Origin: Candidatus Omnitrophota bacterium
GTDB taxonomy: Bacteria; Omnitrophota; Gorgyraeia; JABMRN01; RBG-13-46-9
Direction of reading: 5' to 3'
DNA length: 64,000 nucleotides
Assembly: GCA_043817155.1 (NCBI GenBank)
Contig: JBDRHE010000059.1
Span: 97 to 64,096, forward strand
Part shown: positions 29,098 through 39,399 of the stretch, one piece after another
Numbering within the stretch: the first letter of the stretch is position 1
Layout: every line of letters starts with the position of its first letter
The notes under the pieces: generated by a model
Told to the model about the DNA's origin: nothing
Seen by the model: only the letters and a program-made list of their open reading frames with translations
Databases searched by the model: none
Position numbers and translations under genes: made by a program

Positions 29098-30118
29098 ACT
29101 CTACACCAATCTTTCTGAATGCTTCATGTTCGATCGGTTTCAGCTCTATTCCAATCTTCCGTCTTCGTTCATATTCTTTTTTCTCCGGATCGCCCGCAAC
29201 CTGTACCGGTGTCCTATCATCAACAGCAGGTTCTCTTCTCAATTCATTCATCATCAGCGATAAGCGCTCCTTAAAAGCTTCTTTATCCTGAAAGCAGTCG
29301 ATCCTTATCGCGGAGATAAAATGACCGAGAAATCGCTTTTCACTCATGGGGGCCTCAAACATCATTGGAATATGTGGACCATGCGGCATACCGGTAAGCA
29401 AACTACACAGTATCTCAACCATCATACTGAGGCCATATCCCTTATAGCCGCCCATCGGCAAAAGCATGGTTATATCGTTCGGGTTCGTAGTCTCATTACC
29501 GTCCTTGTCCGCGCCTACACCTTCAGGTGCGACCTTCTTCTCATCCCTCAATTGCCTTATCTTGTTAAAAGTTACAACGCTTGTAGCCATATCCAAGCAG
29601 AATGGTTCTTCGCCCTTGCACGGAGCGGCAAAACATATTGGATTATTCCCAAGGAACGGCCTCTTGCCGTCATATGTCTTGATAAGAGCATCTGTATTAG
29701 TAAAACTCATGCCTATCATATCATGTTTTGCTATTTCTAACGCATAATACGACGCGGCTCCAAAATGACTGGAATTATAAATTGCGACATGCCCTGTTCC
29801 CGCCTTTGCAGCTAGTTCCACGGCTCTCTTTGCCGCTTCCATGCCTGCTGCATGACCGAATGTATGGTCGGCATCAAATGTTCCCGTGGACGCGGAAGTT
29901 TTTCTGAATCTGTATTGTGGATCCGGGTTAATGCGCCCGCCTTTAACTCCTTTAAGATAATGCGGCAAAAGCCTGACCCCGTGGGAGTCTACGCCTCTTA
30001 AGGAAGTCTGGGTAAGCCCCTCTGCGACATACAAAGCCACATCATCGCGAACACCGGCCTTCAATAGAACGCTTTTGATAAAATCTTTGAGATTGCCAGC
30101 CTGTATAGTGGCGCTCAT
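29081..30118 (-). CDS. Ldh_2 family (malate/L-lactate/sulfolactate dehydrogenase family 2) oxidoreductase
   Basis: GVDSHGVRLLPHY; AIYNSSHFGAASYYA; GNNPICFAAP, characteristic of the Ldh_2 family. Confidence 0.75.
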   Translation of the reverse strand: MSATIQAGNLKDFIKSVLLKAGVRDDVALYVAEGLTQTSLRGVDSHGVRLLPHYLKGVKGGRINPDPQYRFRKTSASTGTFDADHTFGHAAGMEAAKRAVELAAKAGTGHVAIYNSSHFGAASYYALEIAKHDMIGMSFTNTDALIKTYDGKRPFLGNNPICFAAPCKGEEPFCLDMATSVVTFNKIRQLRDEKKVAPEGVGADKDGNETTNPNDITMLLPMGGYKGYGLSMMVEILCSLLTGMPHGPHIPMMFEAPMSEKRFLGHFISAIRIDCFQDKEAFKERLSLMMNELRREPAVDDRTPVQVAGDPEKKEYERRRKIGIELKPIEHEAFRKIGVEYGIEF

Positions 30119-30127
30119 ATTAATCTC

Positions 30128-31336
30128 CTACATGTGGACATTTACAGCCGGCAAATCCGCCTCTACCGAACTGACAGGTATCCACGCTCCTTCACTTTCA
30201 AGACTTTTGTTTACTGCTTCGAGAACAGCTGTCGGCACAAGAGACTCTTTAAACGTCGGTCTTTTACCTTCCAGCTCTTTGATCTTCAATATACCTTCTC
30301 CGATTGCCGCTACGTCACTTAGGAATTGATGAAAACTTTCGATTCCATAACCACGATAAGCAACACTGCCTTTTGCCCCGTATGGTGCGCAGAAATACGG
30401 GTTGGGATTTTCCACGCCCTTTTCATCAGTTACAATTGTAATGCCCCGGTTCTTCTGATCTGACTTAAAGCTACCTTTCGTTCCCACGGCGTCTATTTTC
30501 TGGTAGGACATGGCGGTTGTCTTTTCCGGATCTACCCAATTGGTTAGAATATATGATATGAACTTTTTGCCTGAAGGAACCTCCCACTCTATCGCGGCCT
30601 GAATAGAATCATGCGCATCTATTCCTTTCGAAAGAAGCCAACCTTTCTGGCCTGTTGCCATCGCACGTTTCGGACGGGCGCCTGTTACGAAATAAATAAT
30701 ATCCACATAATGTATTCCCAGATACTGAAAAATGTTTGTCGAGGTAACCCAGTTTTTAAATAGTTTGGATGGTACGCTCTTCCTCTGACTATATTCTACT
30801 ACGAAACGCAGCAGATCACCGAGCGATCCTTCTCTTATAACGTCCTTCAATTTTTGATTGGCGAGATCAAGACGTTTGTGAAATTCGACTGCGCAATAAA
30901 CCTTATTCTTCTTCTGAACATTGATAAGCTCCCTAACCTCCTTCAAGGTAGGCGCAAGGGGTTTTACTACAAGTGTATGCAAACCGTTTTCTATGGCATA
31001 ACGCGCTATCTCAGTATGTAAGTTATCCGGCACAACCACTATCGCGCAAGCCGGCTTTGGTATTTCACGAATAGCCTCTTTGTAGGATTCCTTGTTTTTT
31101 TTACCATTATGCGGAAAATACTTAATGGTCGCTTCGACACCCATATCGCGTTTCAGCTTACTGATCTTTTTTCTGCCCTCTTTGATACCTTCGGGATCTG
31201 TTCCGGCAATATACACATTTCCAAGCGTATTATTCTTTTCCCATTCGCAAATAGCCGGCATAACTGTTCCGAATCCATCCGTTCCTCTGCCTGTAACATA
31301 CGCTCCCGTTCCGATCACCACAATATTTAAAGACAT
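30128..31336 (-). CDS. Gfo/Idh/MocA-family NAD(P)-dependent oxidoreductase
   Basis: N-terminal Rossmann IVVIGTGAY; VVKPLA (EKP-like motif); start set at MSLNIVV. Confidence 0.55.
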   Translation of the reverse strand: MSLNIVVIGTGAYVTGRGTDGFGTVMPAICEWEKNNTLGNVYIAGTDPEGIKEGRKKISKLKRDMGVEATIKYFPHNGKKNKESYKEAIREIPKPACAIVVVPDNLHTEIARYAIENGLHTLVVKPLAPTLKEVRELINVQKKNKVYCAVEFHKRLDLANQKLKDVIREGSLGDLLRFVVEYSQRKSVPSKLFKNWVTSTNIFQYLGIHYVDIIYFVTGARPKRAMATGQKGWLLSKGIDAHDSIQAAIEWEVPSGKKFISYILTNWVDPEKTTAMSYQKIDAVGTKGSFKSDQKNRGITIVTDEKGVENPNPYFCAPYGAKGSVAYRGYGIESFHQFLSDVAAIGEGILKIKELEGKRPTFKESLVPTAVLEAVNKSLESEGAWIPVSSVEADLPAVNVHM

Positions 31337-31353
31337 CGGTCCTCCCTTACATT

Positions 31354-32865
31354 TTAATCCGGCTTTAATACCCTGCGTAGCAGTTTGCATGCTCCGGAAT
31401 ACGTAAATCTTCTATAAAGTCGATGCACGTGATAGTTTGACCTGAATCTTGAGATCATCATCTTGGTCAATATTTTATATAAGGGTCTATGGCCTTTGTA
31501 AACATTATAATCGAACCACACAAAACCCTTTTGTATATCTTTTTTCGAGAACCCCGGAAGATCCAAAACAGCATGGCACCTTTCCAGCTTAGGATCGGGC
31601 TCTTTTTTTAATAGGCCTCTTTTGCGGCATATCGAATGCAGCTCGGTCCCGGGATACGGAAAGAAGATCGATGTAAAGATCTTATCCGGCAAACAATCCC
31701 TGCTGACCTTCAATGTCTCTTTAAAATCTGCCAGGGTCTCCCCGGGAATCCCTATCAGGGTATAAAAATTGATCTTGAGCCCGCACTTCCTTGCCAGCTT
31801 AGTCGCTCGCACGACATCCTGGTTCGAGTAGTCTCTTTTCAGGACCTGGCGGCGCACTCTTTCGCTTCCCGATTCAAGCCCGATATTCACGAACGTAAAA
31901 TTGGCTCTTTTAAATGCCCTAAAAAGGCTTTCCAGATCCATGTTTGGTGTAATTCTTAGGTTCACACCGAATGAAAGCGGCTCCTCCAGCGTCGCATTTA
32001 GCTTTTCGATTTTCGTGCATAGTTCGAGCGCCCATGCGTTACTGGTCCCGATCGTTTCAACTTCGAGATATATGTTTTTTTTATTCGGGAATCTGCCCGC
32101 AAAGTCCTTTAATTCCATGATAATCGCATCAGGGTTTCTAAATCTAACATAGCGCCCCTCTGTCAGTCTTCGCAGCGCGTGATTGCAGCAATATGGGCAA
32201 TCGAATGGGCACCCGCGACCAAGAAGCATCGGGTATCGCGCGCCTTTCTCTTCCTCTATCCACTCGGTCCACATTCCCCTGTCTGGAAAAGGCAGTTTGT
32301 CAATATCCTGAAAAAAAAGACGCGGTTGGTTTTTTTCCACCTGGTTCCCGTTCTTGATCCATAGATTCGGAATACCTGAAGGCGTGTTATTCTTTTCGAG
32401 CTGCGAAACCAGTTCAAGGGTCGGCTCTTCACCCTCCCCCACACATAACGCGTCAAAACTACCCGATAATACATTTTCGGGGTTAAGCGAAACGTGGTGA
32501 CCCCCTATTAAAAGGTAGATACGCGGGTACTTCGCCTTTGTATTATCGGCTATACGCGCGACAAAATCATATTCGGTACTGACGGCTGTAAAACATATTA
32601 AGCCCGGTCGAAATTCTTCTATACGTTTATCCAGAATAACCTCATTTCTTTTACCAAGGATCCTGCTTAAAACCACAAGCTGCGTTTCGTGACTATTTTT
32701 TTTAAGAACCGAAGATATATAGGAAATACCGAATTGCATCTGTTCGGGTGTCCTAAGCGGTCTTCCGGGAGAAAATATATCATCTACCGAGTAAACAAAC
32801 AGAATCTTCACGTCCGCCGTCCTCCGAATGATAAGGACCCTTCGATAATGGTATCGATGCCCCAC
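31354..32865 (-). CDS. Cobalamin-binding radical SAM enzyme
   Basis: B12-like N-terminus (LIGGHHVSLNPEN); GRGCPFDCPYCCNH. Confidence 0.8.
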   Translation of the reverse strand: MGHRYHYRRVLIIRRTADVKILFVYSVDDIFSPGRPLRTPEQMQFGISYISSVLKKNSHETQLVVLSRILGKRNEVILDKRIEEFRPGLICFTAVSTEYDFVARIADNTKAKYPRIYLLIGGHHVSLNPENVLSGSFDALCVGEGEEPTLELVSQLEKNNTPSGIPNLWIKNGNQVEKNQPRLFFQDIDKLPFPDRGMWTEWIEEEKGARYPMLLGRGCPFDCPYCCNHALRRLTEGRYVRFRNPDAIIMELKDFAGRFPNKKNIYLEVETIGTSNAWALELCTKIEKLNATLEEPLSFGVNLRITPNMDLESLFRAFKRANFTFVNIGLESGSERVRRQVLKRDYSNQDVVRATKLARKCGLKINFYTLIGIPGETLADFKETLKVSRDCLPDKIFTSIFFPYPGTELHSICRKRGLLKKEPDPKLERCHAVLDLPGFSKKDIQKGFVWFDYNVYKGHRPLYKILTKMMISRFRSNYHVHRLYRRFTYSGACKLLRRVLKPD

Positions 32866-34841
32866 CCTTTTTCATACTGTTCGTTCGCATAACGTACAGC
32901 CTCAAAATTCGATGAACCATCGTTAAACATCTTCAAAAGATCTCCTATATATCCCCGCATTCTCCCGGTAGTATTTCCGTCGGCAAACGGGTCAATATTA
33001 GAACCTGAAATCGGCTTCAACTCATCGGAATATCCTTTTCTGCGACTCTCCTCGATCGCGTTCTTTACACCCTCGCGTATCTCGGCTGACTTGGAGATAA
33101 CATTCATATTGCAAAGCCCAAGAGAATAATTCTTGGAGGTACCGTGTATATCATAGTAAACAAAAAACCTTCCCAGGATGGCGGCTAAAGAAGGTATCGT
33201 CATCGAGGCGCTAAAGACCGTATCTGCGGCCAGACAGGGATATAGGGCCGATTTTTCATAAAGAACAAGGGCGCGTTTTCGCTCGCAGAAATCTCTAACC
33301 CTCTCCTTGATAATGAGTTGACTGTTTATGCTCTCCGGTCGTTTTGCCTTTATGACAAGAAAATTCGAAGAATCGCTCTCCAGCCATTTAAATAACTCTT
33401 GATAAATATCCCGAAGGTTGCCGGGCGCAATATCCGAGTCTTCCGCGGCCACATTGTCAACGAAAGCAAGAATATTCTTTTTCGGATCATCATTCAATAT
33501 GGAAGAGCGCAGCTTCTTCGCTCTTTCGAATTCCCGGGCAAACGATATATCTGCCGGAAAGCCGGTTACGACAAAAAATATACACTGGTCATGGTTATCC
33601 ATTCGCATACGCGTCAGCCTTTCACCCCAGGTAAAGAAGATATCGTGTTGGTTCTGCTGGATATCCCATTCGGGCAGGTTGCTTTGCGACCATGAAGTAC
33701 CTAGACTTACGCCCCCTGACCGGTTAAGGGCAATGGTCGCAAACTGTGTCTTTGCGTCATCGGCATTCATCGTCCAGAGCACTTTTGTCCCCTTGATCCG
33801 AAAGAGGGCTTCGAAAAAGCTCACATAGCTTAAGATGTTCATTAAATACTTTGACATCCAGCGATGGATCCCCCCGGGCCTCATCAGCCCACGATAAATC
33901 CATACATTCCTCGCAAAGTAGTTTATGAAATACGCCCAGGCCAGCATGATCTCCCGGCACTTACTGCCGTAAAAAGGGTTGAAACTGTACTCCAGGGCGC
34001 AGTCTGAACGTTCCGCGTAAAAAACCTTAGCCGCCTTAGGTAAACTGGGAAGATAAAGCGAAAGGGTCTGGTCCCTTAAGTAGCACGCTTCTTTAGCGCC
34101 CCATGGAAGACAATTGCATAATTCTGTCGCATAGCGGTTAAAGACCAATGCGCATATCCTTTGTCTCTTCACCGTTTTCCCCGCGCGTAAGAAGAAGGAG
34201 GCTATCTTGCATATAATCGAATTAAGAATAAGCATGGTAATCCTGGCTAATTCACGTATATGTGAACATTTCTCTCTCAACATCGCCTTATCCGCATAGA
34301 AGTTCTTGCGAGGCAAGAGCCTTCCCTTTCCAAATGACCTATAAAAAAACGGCTTCAGACTACGTTCCTTATAAAGATCCAGGACGATATCCCGGAACAA
34401 CGTATTTTTTAATAAAACGGCTTCTATTTCGCCTACGTGTAAAAAAGTAGACGTAATTGCTGTGGCAAACTGTATTGGAAAGTAGAGCTCCCTACCTCCA
34501 TATTTACCAAAGATCGCGGATAATCTTGCGCGTTCATACCCTGTAACACCGTGGAAGGTCCTTAATATATTAGAAAAAAAACTATCCCTGATACGCTTAA
34601 TACCGTTCATCATCAATTTCTGAAATTCCGCGTAAGACTGGACCCTGTCCCCAAAAGAACGCCTGTATTCGATCTGCTCAAAGGACCAGCCCAGCATGTT
34701 CAGTAATTTCATAACGAAACGAATTAAAAATGCTCTGTTTTCATGAAAGTAATATATTCTGCGAACGGGGCGAAACTTTGTAAGCGCCGCAATAAGGCTA
34801 AACATGTTGATCGCGTCAATTATTAGTACGGGCCCGGTCAT
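32808..34841 (-). CDS. Large hypothetical protein (677 aa), candidate novel transferase
   Basis: No recognised motif; possibly distantly related to the 22085..24046 product. Confidence 0.3.
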   Translation of the reverse strand: MTGPVLIIDAINMFSLIAALTKFRPVRRIYYFHENRAFLIRFVMKLLNMLGWSFEQIEYRRSFGDRVQSYAEFQKLMMNGIKRIRDSFFSNILRTFHGVTGYERARLSAIFGKYGGRELYFPIQFATAITSTFLHVGEIEAVLLKNTLFRDIVLDLYKERSLKPFFYRSFGKGRLLPRKNFYADKAMLREKCSHIRELARITMLILNSIICKIASFFLRAGKTVKRQRICALVFNRYATELCNCLPWGAKEACYLRDQTLSLYLPSLPKAAKVFYAERSDCALEYSFNPFYGSKCREIMLAWAYFINYFARNVWIYRGLMRPGGIHRWMSKYLMNILSYVSFFEALFRIKGTKVLWTMNADDAKTQFATIALNRSGGVSLGTSWSQSNLPEWDIQQNQHDIFFTWGERLTRMRMDNHDQCIFFVVTGFPADISFAREFERAKKLRSSILNDDPKKNILAFVDNVAAEDSDIAPGNLRDIYQELFKWLESDSSNFLVIKAKRPESINSQLIIKERVRDFCERKRALVLYEKSALYPCLAADTVFSASMTIPSLAAILGRFFVYYDIHGTSKNYSLGLCNMNVISKSAEIREGVKNAIEESRRKGYSDELKPISGSNIDPFADGNTTGRMRGYIGDLLKMFNDGSSNFEAVRYANEQYEKGWGIDTIIEGSLSFGGRRT

Positions 34842-34853
34842 TCTCTTACCCTT

Positions 34854-35852
34854 TTATGATAGTCTGTGATTCGCGGTACAGGTGTTACATATTAAATCGG
34901 AAAAATCCAGCTTCTTATGCCTCGCTCTCAGAAGGCTCAGTTTCTCGCAGTGCCACAATTCCATAAGGCTACTGTCGTATACGTTTCCTATTTTTAGCGA
35001 ACCGTTATAATCGTTACAGCAGACCGTTACCTCCCCGTTCCAAAAGACAGACAGCCTTTGCCACATCTCGGAGCACGGCTTCTTTGGGAAAGAGCTGTAA
35101 TCGACCATAGATTCGGCCAGGATCTTCCTGTCACCGCTGGCGGCATTTACGTTAGTCACTGAAATAAAATCTACTTTATCTTTAAATCTATTGACAAAAG
35201 CCGGGATATATTTTGAGTTACTCTTCATCATCATAAACTGCAAAGTGAGAAGCGGTTTATGCCCTATGGGCTTAAGGGCAATAAAATCTTCCACGCTCTT
35301 CATGGTCGCCTCGAATTCTGCGCCCTTTCGCGTACGCTCATATGCCTCCCTCATGCCGCCTTCTATGGAAAAGGTGATTCTATCGAGCCCCGATGTAAGC
35401 AGCCTTTGGGCATTTCTACCCGTTAAAAGGGTTGCATTGGAATTAAACTGTGTATAGATATTCTGTCGTTTCGCGTAATCCACCATTTTGAATAAATCCC
35501 TGTGCAAAAAAGATTCGCCCCAGAGATTCAGTTTAACGGAACATACGCCAAGCTCGGCGCACTGGTCTATTATCCTTTTAAAAAGCGCATAGTCCATAAA
35601 ACCCACGCTGCGTGTCATCATGTTACGTTCGCACATGGGGCACTTAAGATTACAGGCATTTGTAAGTTCGATGTCAACCTGAAGAGGGGCATTGCTTTCG
35701 CAAAGGGAACTGCCGTAGTCTTCCCAGTCCTTCCTGAATCGCTTATAACGTTCGTCCTCCGGGAAAGCGTTTGCGCAGATCACCTGGAAACATCTATTAT
35801 ACTTTTTTCCGTCCGCCATATGCTTCTTTCCCTGTGTTCCCATTCTTGACAA
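34854..35852 (-). CDS. Radical SAM / SPASM-domain enzyme
   Basis: NACNLKCPMCERN; C-terminal CSEMWQRLSVFWNGEVTVCCNDYNG...CNTC; true start may be the internal MADGKK. Confidence 0.8.
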   Translation of the reverse strand: MSRMGTQGKKHMADGKKYNRCFQVICANAFPEDERYKRFRKDWEDYGSSLCESNAPLQVDIELTNACNLKCPMCERNMMTRSVGFMDYALFKRIIDQCAELGVCSVKLNLWGESFLHRDLFKMVDYAKRQNIYTQFNSNATLLTGRNAQRLLTSGLDRITFSIEGGMREAYERTRKGAEFEATMKSVEDFIALKPIGHKPLLTLQFMMMKSNSKYIPAFVNRFKDKVDFISVTNVNAASGDRKILAESMVDYSSFPKKPCSEMWQRLSVFWNGEVTVCCNDYNGSLKIGNVYDSSLMELWHCEKLSLLRARHKKLDFSDLICNTCTANHRLS

Positions 35853-37668
35853 TCAAATTGTCGTTCAAAATAAGTCCGTCCAGATCTGTTTTGAGAAATA
35901 CTCCCGTAGCATCCTCGGCCGTACGCACAATCGGGTATCCGTGAAGATTAAAACTCGTATTTACGAGCGCGTAGACACCGGTAATTTTTCCAAATTCAAA
36001 TATGAGATCATAATAGAGCGGGTTCTCCCGGCGTGACAATATCTGAGGCCGTACCGTATTGTCGTAAGGATGCTTGGCGGCCTGCAAAGCTCTCATGCCA
36101 AGAGCGCTTGTAGGGAACGCAACCGTCATATAAGGAGAAGGGATGATCTTATTGGACTTTTCTATATATCGGCCCTCATATCCCTTCAATATCACAGGCG
36201 CAAAAGGCATCCAGAAATCCCTGAACTTGATCTTGTCGTTGATCTTCTTTACGTTGTTAAAACACGCCGGATTCGCCAGGATAGACCTGTTGCCGAGAGC
36301 TCTGGATCCGAACTCCATCCCGTAAGTAGCCCGGGCTATAACCATATCTTTTTTCAAAAATGACGCTATTCTCTTAGCGGAGACTTTTGGATAGACAGTG
36401 TAACGACGCGGATCCCGGAAGTGCCTGCTTATCGCATCCTGACACTCTCTCTCGGTAATCTCATATCCCAGATATATCGTGGGGAAGATATCTTTTTTCC
36501 TATCGAAACGACCGTCGTATCTCGAAGCTGTGTGCAAACAGGCGCCTATGCTTGTGGATTCGTCCCCCGGCGAAGGCGAGACGTAGAAATTTTTCACTTC
36601 CTCGGTCCTTCCTATCTCCATATTTGTCTTAACATTCATTGCCGCTCCCCCGCCATAGAAAAGAGAATCCCTCCCGTATTTTCGCAAGATACGCTTTACC
36701 ATAGTGGTAACAAAGGATTCAAAATATAGCTGTATACCGGCCGCTACCTCATCAAATCTGTATCTTTCGAGGATGTCCCTGAAATGAAAATAGCAGTCCC
36801 TCGGCCTGGAATTCGATCTCAATTTCAGATTACGGTCTATCCACAGGGCCTCTTTATATACTTTAAAGACCTCTTCTTTGGCCTTGTCATTTTTGCAGTA
36901 AGGCGCAAGTCCCATAACCTTATACTCGTGTTCCAGCGGCTTCATCCCCAAAAGAAGCGTACAGTATTTATAAAAACGCGCAATATTCAACGAAGAATAA
37001 TGACGCAGGCACTTTATATCATTGCCGGTCCCTATTTCACCGATCATGCAATTCCTGCCGTCACCAAAGGCATCCAGCGTAAGAATAAGATTTTTACTGC
37101 CGCGGTTTCGTATACGCGCAGGCGCCGCCCAGTACGCGTACGCCGCGTGCGCCATATGATGATCGCAGAAAAGGATATTTGCGTGGTATCCAAAATGCGT
37201 ACAGAACTGTTCTTTACGCAACGATTGGTAGAAAGGAACCACATTCCTGTTTCCCCGGGAAGAATCTCTGGCATTTGCGATCTTATAATGTTTTTTACTG
37301 TATCTTTTCAAAATTTTGTCGGTCAAATTTTTTTCTATGCGCTTGGCGAAAAAGTTGCTTTTCCTTCCACCGTACAACACGGGACGCCAATACTTATACT
37401 GCTCCTCTATGTAATCATTCACGGTAAACCTGTGGGTGAAGGAATTGATCCAGAACGGATCGTGATTCACGGTAGAAAAAACGACGTAATCCAGATCTCT
37501 GACTTTTATATCCATACTTTGAAGACAATGCTCTATCGCCCTTTTCGGAAACCCCGACTGGTTTTTCTCTCTGGTAAACCTTTCCTCCTGCGCGGCATAG
37601 ACTATGCGGGAATCCCTGTAAAGGCAGCAGGAGGCATTGTGGTCATCGTATATACCGAGAATTATCAT
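35797..37668 (-). CDS. Carbamoyltransferase, NodU/CmcH family
   Basis: N-terminal ILGIYDDHNASCCLYRDSRIVYAAQEERFTREK matches the NodU/CmcH signature; ~620 aa two-domain size. Confidence 0.8.
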   Translation of the reverse strand: MIILGIYDDHNASCCLYRDSRIVYAAQEERFTREKNQSGFPKRAIEHCLQSMDIKVRDLDYVVFSTVNHDPFWINSFTHRFTVNDYIEEQYKYWRPVLYGGRKSNFFAKRIEKNLTDKILKRYSKKHYKIANARDSSRGNRNVVPFYQSLRKEQFCTHFGYHANILFCDHHMAHAAYAYWAAPARIRNRGSKNLILTLDAFGDGRNCMIGEIGTGNDIKCLRHYSSLNIARFYKYCTLLLGMKPLEHEYKVMGLAPYCKNDKAKEEVFKVYKEALWIDRNLKLRSNSRPRDCYFHFRDILERYRFDEVAAGIQLYFESFVTTMVKRILRKYGRDSLFYGGGAAMNVKTNMEIGRTEEVKNFYVSPSPGDESTSIGACLHTASRYDGRFDRKKDIFPTIYLGYEITERECQDAISRHFRDPRRYTVYPKVSAKRIASFLKKDMVIARATYGMEFGSRALGNRSILANPACFNNVKKINDKIKFRDFWMPFAPVILKGYEGRYIEKSNKIIPSPYMTVAFPTSALGMRALQAAKHPYDNTVRPQILSRRENPLYYDLIFEFGKITGVYALVNTSFNLHGYPIVRTAEDATGVFLKTDLDGLILNDNLIVKNGNTGKEAYGGRKKV

Positions 37669-38303
37669 CTCTTAACCGCGCCCCTTTCAGTCCTTAAGTT
37701 TTTACGCCTTACCATTTTGGCTTTTTTGAAATCTGACGCTGTGTCGATGTCCACAGAAACTTCGTTATCCATAGCGTAATACGCGATCTTTTTCAGGTTA
37801 AATGTTTTTTTCTCTAGCAACTTATCCGATTTTATGATATAGATGGCGCCGTTCGGAGCGTAAGCAAGGCGCCTGTCGGACTTTGCAACACTTATTAAAG
37901 AGTCCACCTTCTTCTTAAAAAAAAGTTTTAGGGCGCGGTCGATATCCGTTGCCGCTCTGAGAGGCGAAGTAGGCTGTAAGAGAATAACTGCGTCGAAATT
38001 CTGCATCTTTTTCCTGAAACGATCTGCCACGTACGCCGCGACCTCTGTGGCGCTTACCGAATCGCCGCAGAGTCTCTTAGGTCGCATAAAAGGCACTGAA
38101 GCCCCGTATCTTTTCGCGATAGCAGAAATTCTCTTACAATCCGTACTAACTACCACTCTATCGAGAAATTTACTCTTTTTCGCCTCCAGGATAGTCCATA
38201 TTACAAGCGGTTTCCCGAAAAAAAGTTTTAGATTCTTTTTCGGCAAGCGCCTGCTTCTACCCTTAGCGGGAATAACGCCCAGTATTGAATTGTTTTTATA
38301 CAC
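37665..38303 (-). CDS. Acylneuraminate cytidylyltransferase family
   Basis: ILGVIPAKGRSRRLPKKNLKLFFGKPLVIWTI P-loop region. Confidence 0.7.
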   Translation of the reverse strand: MYKNNSILGVIPAKGRSRRLPKKNLKLFFGKPLVIWTILEAKKSKFLDRVVVSTDCKRISAIAKRYGASVPFMRPKRLCGDSVSATEVAAYVADRFRKKMQNFDAVILLQPTSPLRAATDIDRALKLFFKKKVDSLISVAKSDRRLAYAPNGAIYIIKSDKLLEKKTFNLKKIAYYAMDNEVSVDIDTASDFKKAKMVRRKNLRTERGAVKR

Positions 38304-38334
38304 CTTTTACACCCTATAATATTGAGCCGGGTAA

Positions 38335-39399
38335 TTACATCAGCTTCTCTGTATGCTTCTTATATTCTTCCCATTGCCCTATATCGGAATAAGACTTCTG
38401 TGTCACGGGATAAACGCCGACATTCTCCTTCTCTGCCAGTAGAAGCTGTATTAATTCCGTCATGTCAAAATGTCTATCTTCCGGTATATACGAGAGAACT
38501 TCCCTGGACACCAAATACACACCTGTGTTGACGGTAAAGTCCAATTCCGGTTTTTCACGTATCTCCAGCATCCTGCCGTCTTTTTCAAAATTGACAATGC
38601 CATATGGAATTCTGTGGTGCTGAAGCGAGCCGACAACGGTCAGCATATTGCGCCTCTGGTGATGAAAGCGTAAAAGATCAACGTAATCTGCCTCAACAAT
38701 GATATCGCAATTGGAAACAATGAACGTATCTCCCACGGAAGCCGGTAATAGCCTGAGGCTTCCGGCGGTCCCCAGGAACTTCTTTTCCCAAATGTAGTGA
38801 ATTTTATAATTCTTTTCGATGCTATTGAAGTAGGTCTTTATCATCTCGCCTTTATAGTTCAGGGTGACATAAAAGTCCTTTATACCAAACCTGCCGAACC
38901 TATCCATTATCACCTCTATTACCGGCGTCTCCCCTATGGGTATGAGGGGTTTGGGAAGTATCCTTGTAAACGGACCAAGCCTCTCACCGATTCCGCCGGC
39001 CATTATGACAACGGGTACTTCTACATCTCCGTAAGCCATATTTTTGTCCCTGAATACGTCACTCCAGCACAAAATGTCCACAACCTTTCTTTCGCTCCCG
39101 GTAACTACCGGAACCACCTCAACCATATTTTCCGCCATTAGTTTTTTCACACCGAAGATACTGTATTTTTTTTGGGTGACGAAAACCGGCTTCCTGTTGA
39201 AACAATCGGTGATCCGGTCTTCGAAAGCTGCATTCTTTAACAACTTTCTTCTTATGTCCCCGTCCGAAAGGGATCCTATTAATGAACCGCCTTTGTTGCA
39301 TACAAAAAGAACTTTAAGCCCTGCTTCGTCGATTTTCTTCAGAGCCTCTTTTATGGTCGCTTTAGATGAGATCGATATCTTACTTATTATTTTTTTCAT
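38335..39399 (-). CDS. CBS-domain pair + sugar-1-phosphate nucleotidyltransferase (PtmE-like architecture)
   Basis: N-terminal CBS-like region; VVIMAGGIGERLGPFTRILPKPLIPIG nucleotidyltransferase motif. Confidence 0.7.
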   Translation of the reverse strand: MKKIISKISISSKATIKEALKKIDEAGLKVLFVCNKGGSLIGSLSDGDIRRKLLKNAAFEDRITDCFNRKPVFVTQKKYSIFGVKKLMAENMVEVVPVVTGSERKVVDILCWSDVFRDKNMAYGDVEVPVVIMAGGIGERLGPFTRILPKPLIPIGETPVIEVIMDRFGRFGIKDFYVTLNYKGEMIKTYFNSIEKNYKIHYIWEKKFLGTAGSLRLLPASVGDTFIVSNCDIIVEADYVDLLRFHHQRRNMLTVVGSLQHHRIPYGIVNFEKDGRMLEIREKPELDFTVNTGVYLVSREVLSYIPEDRHFDMTELIQLLLAEKENVGVYPVTQKSYSDIGQWEEYKKHTEKLM

